A DNA stretch of 64,000 bases from Vicugna vicugna (lineage: Eukaryota): contig MU061578.1 in assembly GCA_013265495.1 (NCBI GenBank), positions 939,308 to 1,003,307 on the forward strand, given 5' to 3'. This document shows positions 12,123-24,019 of the stretch, piece after piece (position 1 is the stretch's first letter; the number at the start of each line of letters is the position of its first letter). Under the pieces are notes generated by a model. That model was not told the DNA's origin and did no database searches. It saw only the letters and a program-made list of their open reading frames with translations. The translations under genes were made by a program, and so were the position numbers.

Positions 12123-13269
12123 CTCTAGGACGGTGACCTCATTGCTCCAGATGTGGAAGAACGGGGAGGGAAGAGGGAACAGGTGCTGAGAAGCAATTAC
12201 CCTGTGTTAACAGACAGAAACCCTGGCGGAGAGAATGCCCTTGTGCGCATCCGAGCTGACTGCCCACTTCCTGGGAGAAATGCAGGCTGACCACAGGTGC
12301 CACCGGGACTTGGGTTGGTGACTTGGACCAGCACCGTCTGGCGTGGTCGCCTGCCCCCAGCGTGAAGAGTGTGTTGGGCAGACCCAAGCGTGCAACACTA
12401 TGTGTCGGTTTGAAATGTGAGGCATGAGGCAGACAGGGAGACATATTTCAAAGCGCAAGGAAGGGGGCTGTTGGAGTCAGCATAACATTTCATTGTTGCC
12501 TCCTGAGCAGCCCGTGCGTTCCAGAGCAGCTGCGAACACACTCTGCCCGGAGCCCGGCTCTGCTCAATGTGCTCTGGCAACACCTGGTGGAACAGAGAAA
12601 AAACTGCACAGCGCCTTGGCGTGAGCCGCTGTGTCTGCTAATCTCATCACAGCTGAAGGCTTTCCAGCAGCCAAGGTTTGCGGGGGGTGATAGTGGGGGC
12701 GGGGGTCCCATCAGACGCCCTGCCTCTGGGCTGGCATCATTGCTGTGCCGTGCTAATTTCTGCCCTTTTCCTTTCCACTTTACCAAGCAGAAAACAAACA
12801 CTGCTGTATCGGCAGGAGCTTTCTTGCTAGCATGAGGAAATATATTGCAACTGCAGACTCACTGGAGGTTTTTCTCTAGGATCTGCTCAGAAAGCTGCCT
12901 CAATGATTGCCCTGCCACCTAGCAAGCCTGCACTGCCCAGCTTTAAAAATACACGCCTCTGGGTTATTACTGTATCATAAAGGATGCCCTCCCTGGCTCA
13001 GCAGGCATCTCTCCAGCTGCAGAGTCAGCTCTATATGGAGGAATAGAGAGGAGAAAGGGAGACATGGCCTCAAACATCTACTCCCTGGTAATAAGATGCA
13101 TTGACCCAGGAACTCCACCCTGGCTGCCACTCCCTCCCCCGATTCACATCAGCATCCCTGGGGAGATAACATATGTTTCTTCATCCATCAGAAGGAAAGG
13201 CTAACTTATCATGCATTCTACCTGACAAAGGTGTGGCAGGAGAGAATCAGTGAATTAAAAAGTACATTC

Positions 13270-13312
13270 GAGATTCCTTTTCTTTTTTAAGGCTGAATAA
13301 TATTCCCCCTAC

Positions 13313-13357
<45 letters not shown>

Positions 13358-13711
13358 CACATTTTCTTTATTCATTCATCTACCAGCAGACATATAGGCT
13401 GATTCCTCATCTTGGCTATTGTGAGTAATGCTGCAATGAGCATGGAAGTGTAAATATGTCTTAGCAACACTGACTTCATTTCCTTTGGATATATACCCAG
13501 CAGGGAGATGCTGCTGCATCATAAGGTAGTTCTACTTTTAATCTTTCGAGGAACATCCATATGGTTTCCCGTAGCAGCTGCACCAATTTCCATTCCCACC
13601 ATCGTGTACCCTTTCCTCAACATCCTCACCCGATTATTTCACAATCTATACATATATCAAAACACCAAGTTGTACACCTTACAGATACACAATTTTCACT
13701 TGTCAAAAAAA
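13270..13711 (+). mobile_element. 5'-inverted (twin-primed) L1, L1MA-like, with internal (TG)20
   Basis: About 13270-13630 is antisense L1 ORF2-end sequence and about 13631-13711 is a sense L1 3' end with an A tail. Flanked by AAAAAGTACATTC / AAAAAGTGCACTC. Confidence 0.8.
13315..13354. repeat. (TG)20 microsatellite
   Basis: Read directly. Confidence 0.95.
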
Positions 13712-13779
13712 GTGCACTCAACGTTTTGGAAGAGTGTTCTCTTAAAATCCATAGGTTCACTATGGATTTCCGAGACAGG

Positions 13780-14010
13780 CCACATAGCATGGTTGGAAGA
13801 AGGGCTGGTCTCAGAGCGTTAGGTCCTATTTAGACATGTGTTAGGTGTGTTACTTGGGGCAAGTTATTTAGCCATTGTAAACATTTTTTTCTCCCTTAAC
13901 TGTAAAGCAGGGAAGGTAAGAATGCTTATCCATGGAGGTCAGGCATGCCAGCTACTTCACATGGTGTCTTAATACCTAGGAGTGCTCAGAAAATGTTGAC
14001 TGGGGCCACT
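13780..14010 (+). mobile_element. MIR SINE
   Basis: TGTGTTACTTGGGGCAAGTTATTTAGCC...CTGTAAAGCAGGG...GTGCTCAGAAAATGTTG. Confidence 0.65.
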
Positions 14011-14155
14011 ATTGTTTATATATAATATGTAAACAATGATAAACAATATAGCTATAATACAACTTATAATGTGGTTGTAATTCTAATTTGCTTCCAATAT
14101 AATTATATATTTATAATGTTTATATTATAACGTATAATATAATTATAATTTGTAA
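14010..14155. repeat. AT-rich low-complexity tract
   Basis: TATAAT-rich run read directly. Confidence 0.7.
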
Positions 14156-14164
14156 GACATTATC

Positions 14165-14285
14165 GCTAGATGTCAGAAGTTGGGGGACCCATCCCAGGTA
14201 GGTCAGTGACTTGCAAAGTGACCTTAAGTAAATTCCTATCTCTTTGTGTTTATCTTTCTTATCTGCCAAAATGGAGACTACCATT
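14165..14285 (+). mobile_element. MIR fragment
   Basis: GTGACCTTAAGTAAATT..TCTCT...TATCTGCCAAAATGGAG. Confidence 0.6.
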
Positions 14286-14294
14286 GTGTCTTTT

Positions 14295-14440
14295 TAAAAA
14301 AACACCTTTATTGTGGTATGATTCCTGTACAGCAAACAACACATATTTCAGATGTACAATTGGATGAATTTTGATAGATGTGTACACCAGTGAAACCACG
14401 ACTGCAATAGAGAGCACTAACAGTTTCATCACTCCCCAAG
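14295..14440 (-). mobile_element. Old L1 (L1MB/ME-like) extreme 3' end
   Basis: CTTTATTGTGGTATGATT...GTACAATTGGATGAATTTTGA...TTTCATCACTCCCC. Confidence 0.75.
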
Positions 14441-14668
14441 AGGTACAAATTTCGAATTCCCAATTTACCCTTCCCATCCCCTTTACCCACTGGTAACCAT
14501 AAATTTGTTCACTATGTCTGTGAGTCTGTTTCTGCTCTGTAGATAAGTTTCTTTGTATTATTTTTTTTAAGATTCCACATATAAGCGATATCATATGGTA
14601 TTTTTCTTTCTCTTTCTGGCTTACTTCACTTAGAATGACGATTTCCAGGTCCACCCATGTTGCTGCAT
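14441..14668 (-). mobile_element. Young artiodactyl/camelid L1 fragment (ORF2 C-terminus and start of 3'UTR)
   Basis: Encodes AATWVDLEIVILSEVSQKEKEKYHMISLICGI, the L1 ORF2 C-terminal motif. Confidence 0.9.
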
Positions 14669-16264
14669 ACCATTTGCCTTTTAAAATAATTTCTCTCCAA
14701 ATGTCATTGTCAGTATAGAATGGGATAGGACTTACCAATGCTTCTTAAAAAGAGCTAATGCAACCTGCAGGTAGCATTGTTCTGTCTTTGTTGCTCACAT
14801 CCATGTAAAATGTACAGAGCCAATGTCATCAACTGGGCATCTTTTAGAGGAACCTGGAGAATTATTTGGGAGTGTCTCAACAGGTGTGAGCCTCAATTTT
14901 TAACTGGGAAGTTCTCTTCTAGAAGTTAGTTCTACCCAGTCAAACAGGGAGGGGGCTGGTGTAGGGAGTGGTCAGATAACTCAAGAAAAACCCAACCCCA
15001 TTTCCCAGCAAAATGGCGCCACGAATGTGGAGCTCCTGTCTCCTCACTGCCTTCACGACCAGATTTGCAGATGTTCTGCGATGTTTCTGGAACTTCGTCC
15101 AAGTCCTCCTGTGTCTACGAGCCACAGTTCATACTTTTGGCAGCATCAAATCAAAGAAAGATTTTTTTCATCATCTAAGTTGTCTCGGCTGCTGATGCTG
15201 AGATTCCAAGTTATAATGTCTTACCCAGTGGGATTCTCCAGGATGGCGGCTCCTTTTTCTCCCAAAGTCACATTCCATGAAATAGTTAGCATATTGTGCG
15301 CCAGTGGCTGTCAAATGAGGCTCATCTCAAATACTGTAATTAAGAGGGGGAGTCTCACTTACTTAGCATTGGAAGCCAGCTATAGTCAGATGATGCACAA
15401 GGACCTAGAAGCCAAAGAACATCTTTCTACAATTGCAGTGCAGGTACTTCGAAATAGCCTCCTTCCAACCGCGACCCACCAAGAGCAGCAAGGAATCTCT
15501 ATTTGCTCCTAGAAATTCTCAGTGCAGGAGTTACTATTATGTTTAAATTTTATTTAAGACCACATTTTAAAAATGCTATTCATTTGTACCCCAAGACAAT
15601 GCCTTAATCTGAAATTATTAAAGATGGATGATGGCGCTGAGGAACACGCTCACTGTTTTTCACTTCAAAAGGAAATAATTAACGATCACTTTCAGGGCAC
15701 TTAACAATGTCCAAAACTGAATAAGTTAGTGCACCCTCCCTCACAGGTTAGTCTTCAGACAAGGCTCAGTGAATTTTTAAACAGACTTTCAAAGAGTTGC
15801 TCATCACAGCTAGAATTCTGAAATATATTATAGATGGATGGTATATTTCAAGTTGGCGGAAATAGGTTCTACGTTCGAGTTAAACCTTTACTCCAGAATA
15901 CACTCTGACCATGCGGACTGTGTCACTCTGCACTTTTAAGATATAAAATAAAATAAACTCTTCAAAGGGAAGGAAAAAACACACCCACCTGCTGCAAGCT
16001 TGATGTGTCATTAACAAGGATGTCCTTCTCTTTGTGATTTAAACTCATCGAGATAGCTCATGAATTTGGAGGTGAAACTTCTCAAGGGCCATCTTTACAG
16101 GACAAGCTAGTTTCCTTTATGCAATTTACAAACTCTTTTTTGTCAGTGCTAGATCATACTATGTGAAAGAACCAGGTATGTTCCAGCTCCTGGTGGGGCC
16201 AATATGTCTGTAGACGTTATGACAGTTTCAAATACATTTCATCATTGGAGCCTCACTCTCCTCC

Positions 16265-16400
16265 TCAATTCTGTAGGCAAGCAACATTGATACCATTTTC
16301 CCTACCTCACAGATAATGAAAGTTGGGATCCAAGAAGTTAAACAAGGGATTTGCCCGATCCCCAGTATCATACAGAGACTAACCAGCAAACTCAAAACTT
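16265..16400 (-). mobile_element. MIR fragment
   Basis: CACAGATAATGAAAGTTGGG..CCAAGAAGTTAAA..GATTTGCCC. Confidence 0.6.
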
Positions 16401-16569
16401 TTGCCTGCCCACATTTTGGGATTGCAAACTACTCTTCTATCTCTTTTTCTGTTTTTCAACCTGTCTAACCTGTCTGCCTGTTTATCAATATGCTTGAATA
16501 TCTATTCATCGATTTCTCTGCCTGTCTACAGTTTTACCTATGCCACGATTTTAAACCGGGCAGGAAAGT

Positions 16570-16760
16570 TTTTCAGAGAAAAGTCTGGAATAACTGCGAA
16601 TTACAACAGTTACCTCCTTGAGGAAAGCAGGAGAATTTGGAGGCTATTTGAAATTTGGAAACCTTCACTTTTTACTCTCTATTTTTGCATATTTGTATAT
16701 CAATTGAGCTGTTTCACAGAGAGGATGGATTTATGCCAACCATGATGTGATTAAAACTAA
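16570..16760 (+). mobile_element. Ancient L1ME-like 3' end
   Basis: AAAGTCTGGAA...AACAGTTACCTC...CTTCACTTTTTACTCT. Confidence 0.5.
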
Positions 16761-17615
16761 ATGCATTGGAGATAAAAATTAAAAAAAAAAACAAAAAACA
16801 AAAAACTCCATCAAGCAGCTTAGCTCTTCTTGATTTTCCAGTACTGCTTGTTTCTTCTACTCAGGCAAGTTCTCCTGGGATATCTCGGGGCTATATTTTG
16901 GATAAACCCTCTCCAATCAGTTACACTGAGCCAGATTTCATACTTCTGTCCCTTCGCATCCCTGGGTTTCATGCATGGCTCCAAGGTTGGCAGGGCAACA
17001 TATTAGAAATAAAATGCAATCGTGGTATGTGACACTTCAAATTTGCTTCTTTAGCAGCAAAGATCATCAACTGCACTGTTTTCTGCTCTGACAGAAGATC
17101 CCGTAAATTTCACTTAACAGGCCTGTGCACCAACGGCAGTGTGGAGGTCTCCCCACCACCCTGCCGCCACGCTGCTGGGAACTGAAATCAATTTTTAATT
17201 GACTAGATTATCGGAGGGCTACGGCCGGTCTGCTGTGCTTTGCCGGAGGCCTTCTCCTCCCTAGCTCTGTGGGCATCCTCTGAGTGGAAAACGTCAAATG
17301 CTTGATGAGTAAGCAGACCTAAATCTAGGAAGGGGCTAAGGTCATCCTCACTGACTCCCATGTTTCCTCCTGCAGGTGGACTACGTGTGTTTGAGCAAAC
17401 AGAAAAGGGGTGTGTTGGGAAGAAAAGCTAGAGACCAAGACAGCTTCAGCTAACAACAGCAAAGAAAGCAACCCAGTCTTTCTTGTGAGTTTTCCACTTC
17501 TGAGGATTTGTCTTTGGGGATCCTCTGAATATGGCTACTAGACCTTGTGCTGAGGTTACAATGACCTGAGAGATGGGTTCAGTGGGAGGAGAGGTGGGGG
17601 CAGAATGATGTAACG

Positions 17616-17713
17616 CAGTTATTTTCAATGTAGATCACTACCCTGCCCCCACGCCCACAGAATCAGAATCTCCCCTGGAGATTCCTATGCATGGCAAAGT
17701 TGGAAAACTTCTG
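17616..17713. mobile_element. MER5A internally deleted fragment
   Basis: ACAGAATCAGAATCTC...GATTCCTATGCATGGCAAAGTTGGAAAACTTCTG. Confidence 0.6.
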
Positions 17714-17955
17714 GCATGATGGTTCAAAGCATGGATTTTGGAATGAGAAAAACCTGGTTTAGGATACCAACTTTGCTACTTTCCGGACTGGCTGATTAAG
17801 CAAAATGGGCTTCCCCTCCTAAGGCTCAATCTTCTCATTCATAGACTGAGGAGGAGCACATGACCCACCTCCTACGATTGTTGAGATGGTTTAAAAAAGA
17901 CCTGTGCATCGTTGATCAGCATAATGCCTGGTCCCTCCTAAATGCCTGAGAAGGC
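17714..17955 (+). mobile_element. MIR SINE
   Basis: GGTTCAAAGCATGGATTTTGGAAT..AAACCTGG...GCTACTT...GCATAATGCCTGG. Confidence 0.75.
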
Positions 17956-18045
17956 TACCTCTTTCTGTTACGTAATGGTCACTGAGAGCTCTAAGTTAAA
18001 TCAGACTGTTTCTCCATACAAAGGTGTTTCACATAAAAAAAAAAT

Positions 18046-18461
18046 TGTAGTGGGTTGAATTGTGACTCCCAAAGTGGTACGTCCAAGTCTTAAGCCCCAG
18101 CACCTGTGAATGTGATGCTAATTTGGAAAAGGGGTCTTTGCAGGTGTCATTAAGGATTCTGACATGAGATCAGCCTGCTTTAGAGGGAGCCCTAAGTCCA
18201 ATGACAGATCCTTACAAGAGACAGAAGAGGAGAAGACACTGGGGAGAAGGCCATGTGAAGATGGAGGCAGAAATTGAAGTGATGTGTTTACAAGTCAGGG
18301 AAGGCTGAGAATTACCAGCGGCCACCAGAAAGCAAGCAGAGAGGCGTGGAATGGATTCTCTCTGTCTCCAGCCGACATCTTGCTTTCAGACATCTAGACC
18401 TTCTGATGTTTAAAGCCACCAAATTGGAGATAATTGGTGATGATACCCTAGGAATTAATAA
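18046..18461 (+). mobile_element. MLT1B/C-like solo LTR
   Basis: TGTAGTGGGTTGAATTGTG...CCTGTGAATGTGA..TTTGGAAAAGGGGTCTTTGCAG...GGCCATGTGAAGATGGAGGCAGA...TTTAAAGCCACC. Confidence 0.9.
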
Positions 18462-18884
18462 GGAGCCCTTTGTCTCCACTTCAGTCTAAGGATCATGTTT
18501 GGAAAGGGTCATCTCAGAATTATCTTCTCCAAGGAGTCTGACTGATGGTTGGGACTCCCTGGTTCCTCATCACAGGAGGCCAGAGCCAGACCTTGCTGTC
18601 TCCATACAGGTCAATGACTCTAAGAGTCGCTTGGCCACTGCCAACCAATAAATTCAGACTCAAATTAAACCGTCTGGCAGCTTCCTGAAAGACTAAGGAA
18701 TGTCCTCTCTAGAAAGCTCCTTAGGTATAGAGAGATCTGAAGGTGGCATCTGTCACATAGCAGTCAAAGAGCCAACATCTGGCTAAGTCAGTCACTCAGG
18801 ACAGCTGTGACTTTGGAGATCGGCCCTCAGCTCTCAACTCCCCAGAGAATTCACACATTTATCTGAATCCCCAAATTAATGTAA

Positions 18885-19050
18885 TAATCATAATGACAGC
18901 TACCATGCACTGAGTCATGACTGCACTAAAAGTGAATGAAATGCTTTCCTCTCCAGAATTTCTATAACACTGAGATAATTCTCTGTCCCCACTTTATAGG
19001 AAACCGAGGCCCAGCAAGCTTAAGGATCCTGCCAGTGTCACCCAGAGGGG
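18885..19050 (-). mobile_element. MIR SINE
   Basis: TCCCCACTTTATAGGAAACCGAGGCCCAG...GTCACCCAG. Confidence 0.65.
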
Positions 19051-19357
19051 AAGGAAAACACACAGCATTCGACCTTATGTTCCTTCAACGGCTCTAGTCG
19101 GCCCAGCAACGATAATTGTGCTTTAAGTATGGAATCTGAGACCCTCCCCACCAATGCTCTAGGTGGTTTGACATGGGTCCACAAAAGGCGTTTCTTTCCC
19201 TCAGGTGGAACCCTGCTGGAGCAAACCCTTTCTCTAGTGCCCATGAATGGTACCAGACACAGAGCAGTTGGGGGAAATGAAATCACCAAACTCGGAGAAC
19301 TTGAGTCAGTCCACTGAAGACCATAAGAGGAATCTGGATGCTGTGGTGCCTCTTTAA

Positions 19358-19393
19358 AAACAAACAAACAAACAAACAAACAAAAAAAACAAA
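19358..19393. repeat. (AAAC)n
   Basis: Read directly. Confidence 0.9.
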
Positions 19394-19419
19394 GCTTCCG
19401 TTGTTCCTTGAGCTGGAAA

Positions 19420-19575
19420 ACTGTAGAGCTAAGTGACCCCTTGAAACCTGGGTGGTTCCATTGTACCATTTAACAGATGGGAAAACTGAGGCTCAAAGAG
19501 ACTAACAGATTGATTCAGGGTTATGTAGCTCATGACACGGCCAGGACTTGAATCCAGAACTCCTGACACCTGTGT
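19420..19575 (-). mobile_element. MIR/MIR3 SINE
   Basis: CATTTAACAGATGGGAAAACTGAGGCTCAAAGAG...GGACTTGAATCCAG..CTCCTGAC. Confidence 0.8.
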
Positions 19576-19650
19576 TCACACCACAATCAATCTATTACTT
19601 GAATACTCAGGGCCAAAAATGGGGGGTAAAAATGCTGTCAAAAATCTTTC

Positions 19651-19842
19651 AAAATTGCAAATAGATAAACAAGATTATACTGTATAGCACAGGGAAATAT
19701 ACACAAGATCTTATGGTAGCTCACAGGGAAAAAAATGTGGCAATGAATATATGTATGTTCATGTATAACTGAAAAATTGTGCTCTACACTGGAATTTGAT
19801 ACAACATTGTAAAATGATTATAAATCAATAAAAAATGTTAAA
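19651..19842 (+). mobile_element. Young 5'-truncated L1 3' end with perfect 11-bp TSD
   Basis: ACTGTATAGCACAGGGAAATATA...ACAACATTGTAAA plus A tail; TSD AAAAATCTTTC at 19640-19650 and 19843-19853. Confidence 0.9.
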
Positions 19843-22800
19843 AAAAATCTTTCCAGGTGCTAGGACAATTTCCCCATGTAAGTCCTATTTTGCTTTCCTA
19901 TAGAGTCTCCAGAATTGGAACACTATGTTGAAAAATACTAATTTTAATTGCACTCTATTTGCCACTATCACTCTTTGAAACCACTTTCAAAGTTCGTAGG
20001 GGGATGCAAGGTCCAGAGGTTCCCCTCTGTCACCAGGGGGTTCTATCCACCTCCATGGACATGCTTGCTTCTATTCATGTCGAGAAGACTCAAATGCCCT
20101 CTACGTGGCAGTCACAAGAAATTAGCTTGATGCTTGGGGCTCCTACGAACCAGTGTTGACAGGCTGCTGTCCTACTAGCCTGTGGATAAGTGGTCCTGAA
20201 AAGTTACTTGCGCAGTGAATGACAGGGCAAAGAGGCTGTGATTCGAATCATGGTTCAAACACATACTGGATTTAGATACAATGCAGGCAAACCCATCTTT
20301 GCTATAGGTCAAGAATCTCTTCCTGGCACTGGATTCCATTAAGAGAGAGAAGACAAAGAGGACGCCATATTTTTTTGTGGAAGAACTTACAGTCCAGTGC
20401 ATTTTAAAATAAATAATGATCATTTATTGCAGCTTTAAAAAACTCATTTTTCATACACTGAGTTTCCTCAAGGCAGGTCTAGCCTCCATGTTTTCCCAAA
20501 GCTCACATGAGTCGGTACATTGTGTGTTTGTCCACGGCTAGCTTCCTGCTCTATTTTGAAAAGTGTTACCCTTGTTTTTGCAGAAAGAACCAAGGAAGGA
20601 GACAGTGGAGGTGCAACTAACGGTAGGTCCAGGATGTGAGCTCAGAGCTGCTCTGGTGACAAGGTCCTGGACACCCACCTGTGAAGCAGGGCATTTAGGA
20701 AAGGCAGACATGACAATGAGAGCCTTCAGGGTGGGTGTCTGTGAAGAGATGCTCTAAATCATTCAGAGAGGGGAAAAGAAAAAAAAAAAAGGAAAAACGA
20801 CATAGCCGTGAAACTGCGCTTGCAAAATCCCCATCTGCTGGCAAGCGAGGTGTGCCTGTTTACACTGTTCTCCATCTGATTTCTCAGGTGTGACACCTTC
20901 AGGGCCATCTTCCCCTCTAAGGTTCCAACGAGCAACAAGTACAGACAGGTGGAGAGTCGGAACACGGCAGCCGTGCTCCTGGGGACACAGTGGAGGAAGA
21001 GACGGTGCTGTCTTCTCCCTCTCGTCCTCCCTGTGCCCAGGGATACCGGCAAAGGATCAGTCCTCGCGTCCCTCCCCTGACACTTACAAGCTGGGGGCAC
21101 CCAGCAGGACCCATAACCCACCACTCACAATTCCGATGCCCCGGAAGGAGCCTCCTCCCCATCCTGGGTAAAACTCCCCTCCCTTCCAAGCCCTGCTGAT
21201 CCATGTTCCCAAAGCATAATTATCTTAATTTAGGTTTGTATTTTGCGACAATATTTTGGATAACCCTGGCACTTACTCTTCTCTATTACAAACATTTATG
21301 TAACCATGCCAGCTGATTAATCTGAAGGATGTGGCAAAGAGATGGGGAAATTTCACCCACAGGAAACGAGAACCCAGTCTTTGAGGATAAATATGTACTC
21401 CAGAATTCATAACTTATTGCAGATTGCTATTGATATTTCAGAAATGTATTTGTCCCTTGGACATATTCATAGAGCGTTTGCAAGTCTATAGACACATCTA
21501 TTTAATACCTGCACCGAATAAGTCTTCTGTGCTACATATACATGAGAACCTGCAAACACCCCCAGCCCCCACAGCAACGGTAATAAGCTTTTGTCTCGCC
21601 TTTTTTTTTTTCCTGCTTTAAGCATCCCCCTTAATGAGCTCTGCTTCTTTGTAACTCAAGAGATTTAGTATTCTGTCCAACAAAACAATTTATTGCCCAA
21701 AATGTTCCTACTGCAGATAAAATCTTTGCTTCCCCAATACTTCTGGCTCCACAGTTAATACCCTAATGTTTCATTTACAGCTGAACAAAGCGGCTTATCT
21801 CCACTAAAAGGGGAATTAGTAGTAAGAAATAATTTCAATCATCTGCTGAGTTTCTAAGTAAAGTGATGACTTCTGCATTCTGGCTTCTATCTGATGACAG
21901 GTGTGTTGGGGGCTCCCAGAAAATAGAGCAGGTCTGTCACCTAAGCTTTGTAATTTGAACAATGCAGCTACATAGATCAGGCAGGAGTTAGGTCTTAGCT
22001 GTCAGGGAGGAAAAAAAAAAAAACTACACTTGGAAATATGCTGCAGTCAGCAGTTCTTAGCTACAGATTGGGTACTAACTCAAGGGAGGAAAAAAAAATT
22101 GGTTTGAATCAACAAATGGCTCCATTTTTTCCCCCTGGTCTGCAGCAAACTTATTATCCACCTACAAACACACTACCCCAGTCTATTGCACTTCCGCAGC
22201 ACGTACACATGCCCGCACGGCACCGTGATGGCTATATATTATCACACGCGCGCGTGCAGCCTTGTTGATGTGCACGCAGACACGAAGGCTGCTGGAGACC
22301 GCGGCGCGCCGGGGAGGGAGGATGGAGGAGGCCGTCGTGGTGAAAAACAGTCTGCGAGGCAGAGGCCTCGTGGGTGAGTCTGCAGCCTGGGATCAGATCC
22401 TTGACATCAGAGGGAAAGGAGAGGGACTTGCCTTCCTGAGACGACAAGGGGAAATTCAAATTGCCACCACTCATGTCAAGACCTTGGCACATGCAAACCT
22501 GATGGTGGCCCTCGAAACTGCCGAATCAGTAGACTGAAAGGGAGGCAGTCAAGACTCTAGAGGCTGGAAGGACCCCAACTGTAGGACAGTAGAGAGGCCA
22601 TGGCCGTGGATGCCATGGGAGGTGGACAGGCAGAACTGTAAGAGGATGAGAGGTCCAGGTTAATTTCTCTCCCTGTGTATCTACAGCTATGGTGGTTCAC
22701 CAACCAGGTCAACCCTCTGGATAGAAAATCTTCCTCGAGTGTGGAAGTCTCCTGTGGCCGTCAGGCTGTGTCAACAGGAGGCTTAGGTAGGAGACCCTGG

Positions 22801-23039
22801 AGATGGAAGAGATCAGGCAGAACTGGGACTAATCAGCAAAGAAAAAATGGAGGCTTTATGTATAAAATGATCCCGCTATTGTCAGACTTTTTTCTTATTC
22901 CATGCTTCTTTAAAGCTGGAGCCTCACAGATCCCTCCCAGTTGGTGACACATCTCCCAGCTGGAGCAGGCACTGGAGGATCACTGCTTGTAACCTGAATT
23001 TTTCTTTGAAAGGTTGAACTTGACTGATAGAGATACCCA

Positions 23040-23304
23040 GAGTGGAGGGTGGGGGGAAGCAGGTACCAGGGGCTCCCGTCCCTTCCTTGAGGAGGACAGC
23101 CTGAGCCGGTGGCCAGAGACAGACCCATATAAAAGGCGTGGGGCTAAGACTCTGGGTGACATCGTCTTTGGTGCAGTGAATGCTCCCTCGCTCCCCACAG
23201 GATCAGGCTGGGGCTAGGTCTTCCCCTAAGAGCATCTCTCCAATTAGTCGCTTACACGCCAATCCTCATCTTAGGCATAACCTCTAGGAAATCTGACCTA
23301 AGAC
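23040..23304 (+). mobile_element. LTR16-like (ERVL) LTR 3' part
   Basis: GGATCAGGCTGGGGCTAG...AATCCTCATCTTAGG..CTCTAGGAAATCTGACCTAAGAC terminus. Confidence 0.7.
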
Positions 23305-24019
23305 CGATGAGGTAGGAACACTGTATATAAATCTCTGTTCAAAAAAAGAAAAAAGTGCATTCCTACGAATATATTCTTGAGTATAATGGTCTGGTTTGAG
23401 ATGCAGTGGGGGATGTTAATGAAAACACACTGACCGACATCCAAAGGGCAAGAAGTGATGTGTGTCTTGTCCTTCAAAGGCTCTGTCATCCCGGCCACAG
23501 AATTAAGGTTTAGGGATGGACATGGATGGGATCCAGCGGGAGCTGCAGCTCCCTCCCCACCCCCAGGCATCTTCTGTCAGATCTCAACTTGTAAGAGCCA
23601 TTGACTCCATGCAAGACACTACAGCTAATAAAAAACCAAAACTCCCAAGAGAGGCGAGCTCTGCAGTGGAAAGGAGAGACCGCTGCTGCTAGCGCTTAAA
23701 CCCTTATATTCAGCCATGACTGATGGGAGCCAAAACTAGGCCTGGGCTCAGCTTTCAGTTTCTTGAGATAATTAATCTTTCTTTGGTTTGTGTGAGTGTG
23801 GGTTGGGCTTTATAACCTGATCAGCTGAATCTGTGACATCTCAGGATAAAGGGGCCCCGGCCCCAGCCCAGAGAGAGGTAGGGGTCTCCACATATCACAG
23901 GAAGTGAATGAATATATGAACGGGCATGGCACCCTCTCCTCCTTGACCTGAAATGTCTCCCATCAAGGTCACTGGCTCTGGCAGGACCATGAAGTGTGCG
24001 CTATCTGTGTTTTATAGTT

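Noticed and set aside
14259..14738. 159-aa ORF with a protein-like segment
   Set aside because: The segment is the L1 ORF2 C-terminus of a truncated fragment, not a host gene.
15280..15510. Minus-strand donor TGG/GTAAGA with several possible acceptors
   Set aside because: The acceptors are weak or introduce stops, and no recognisable peptide results.
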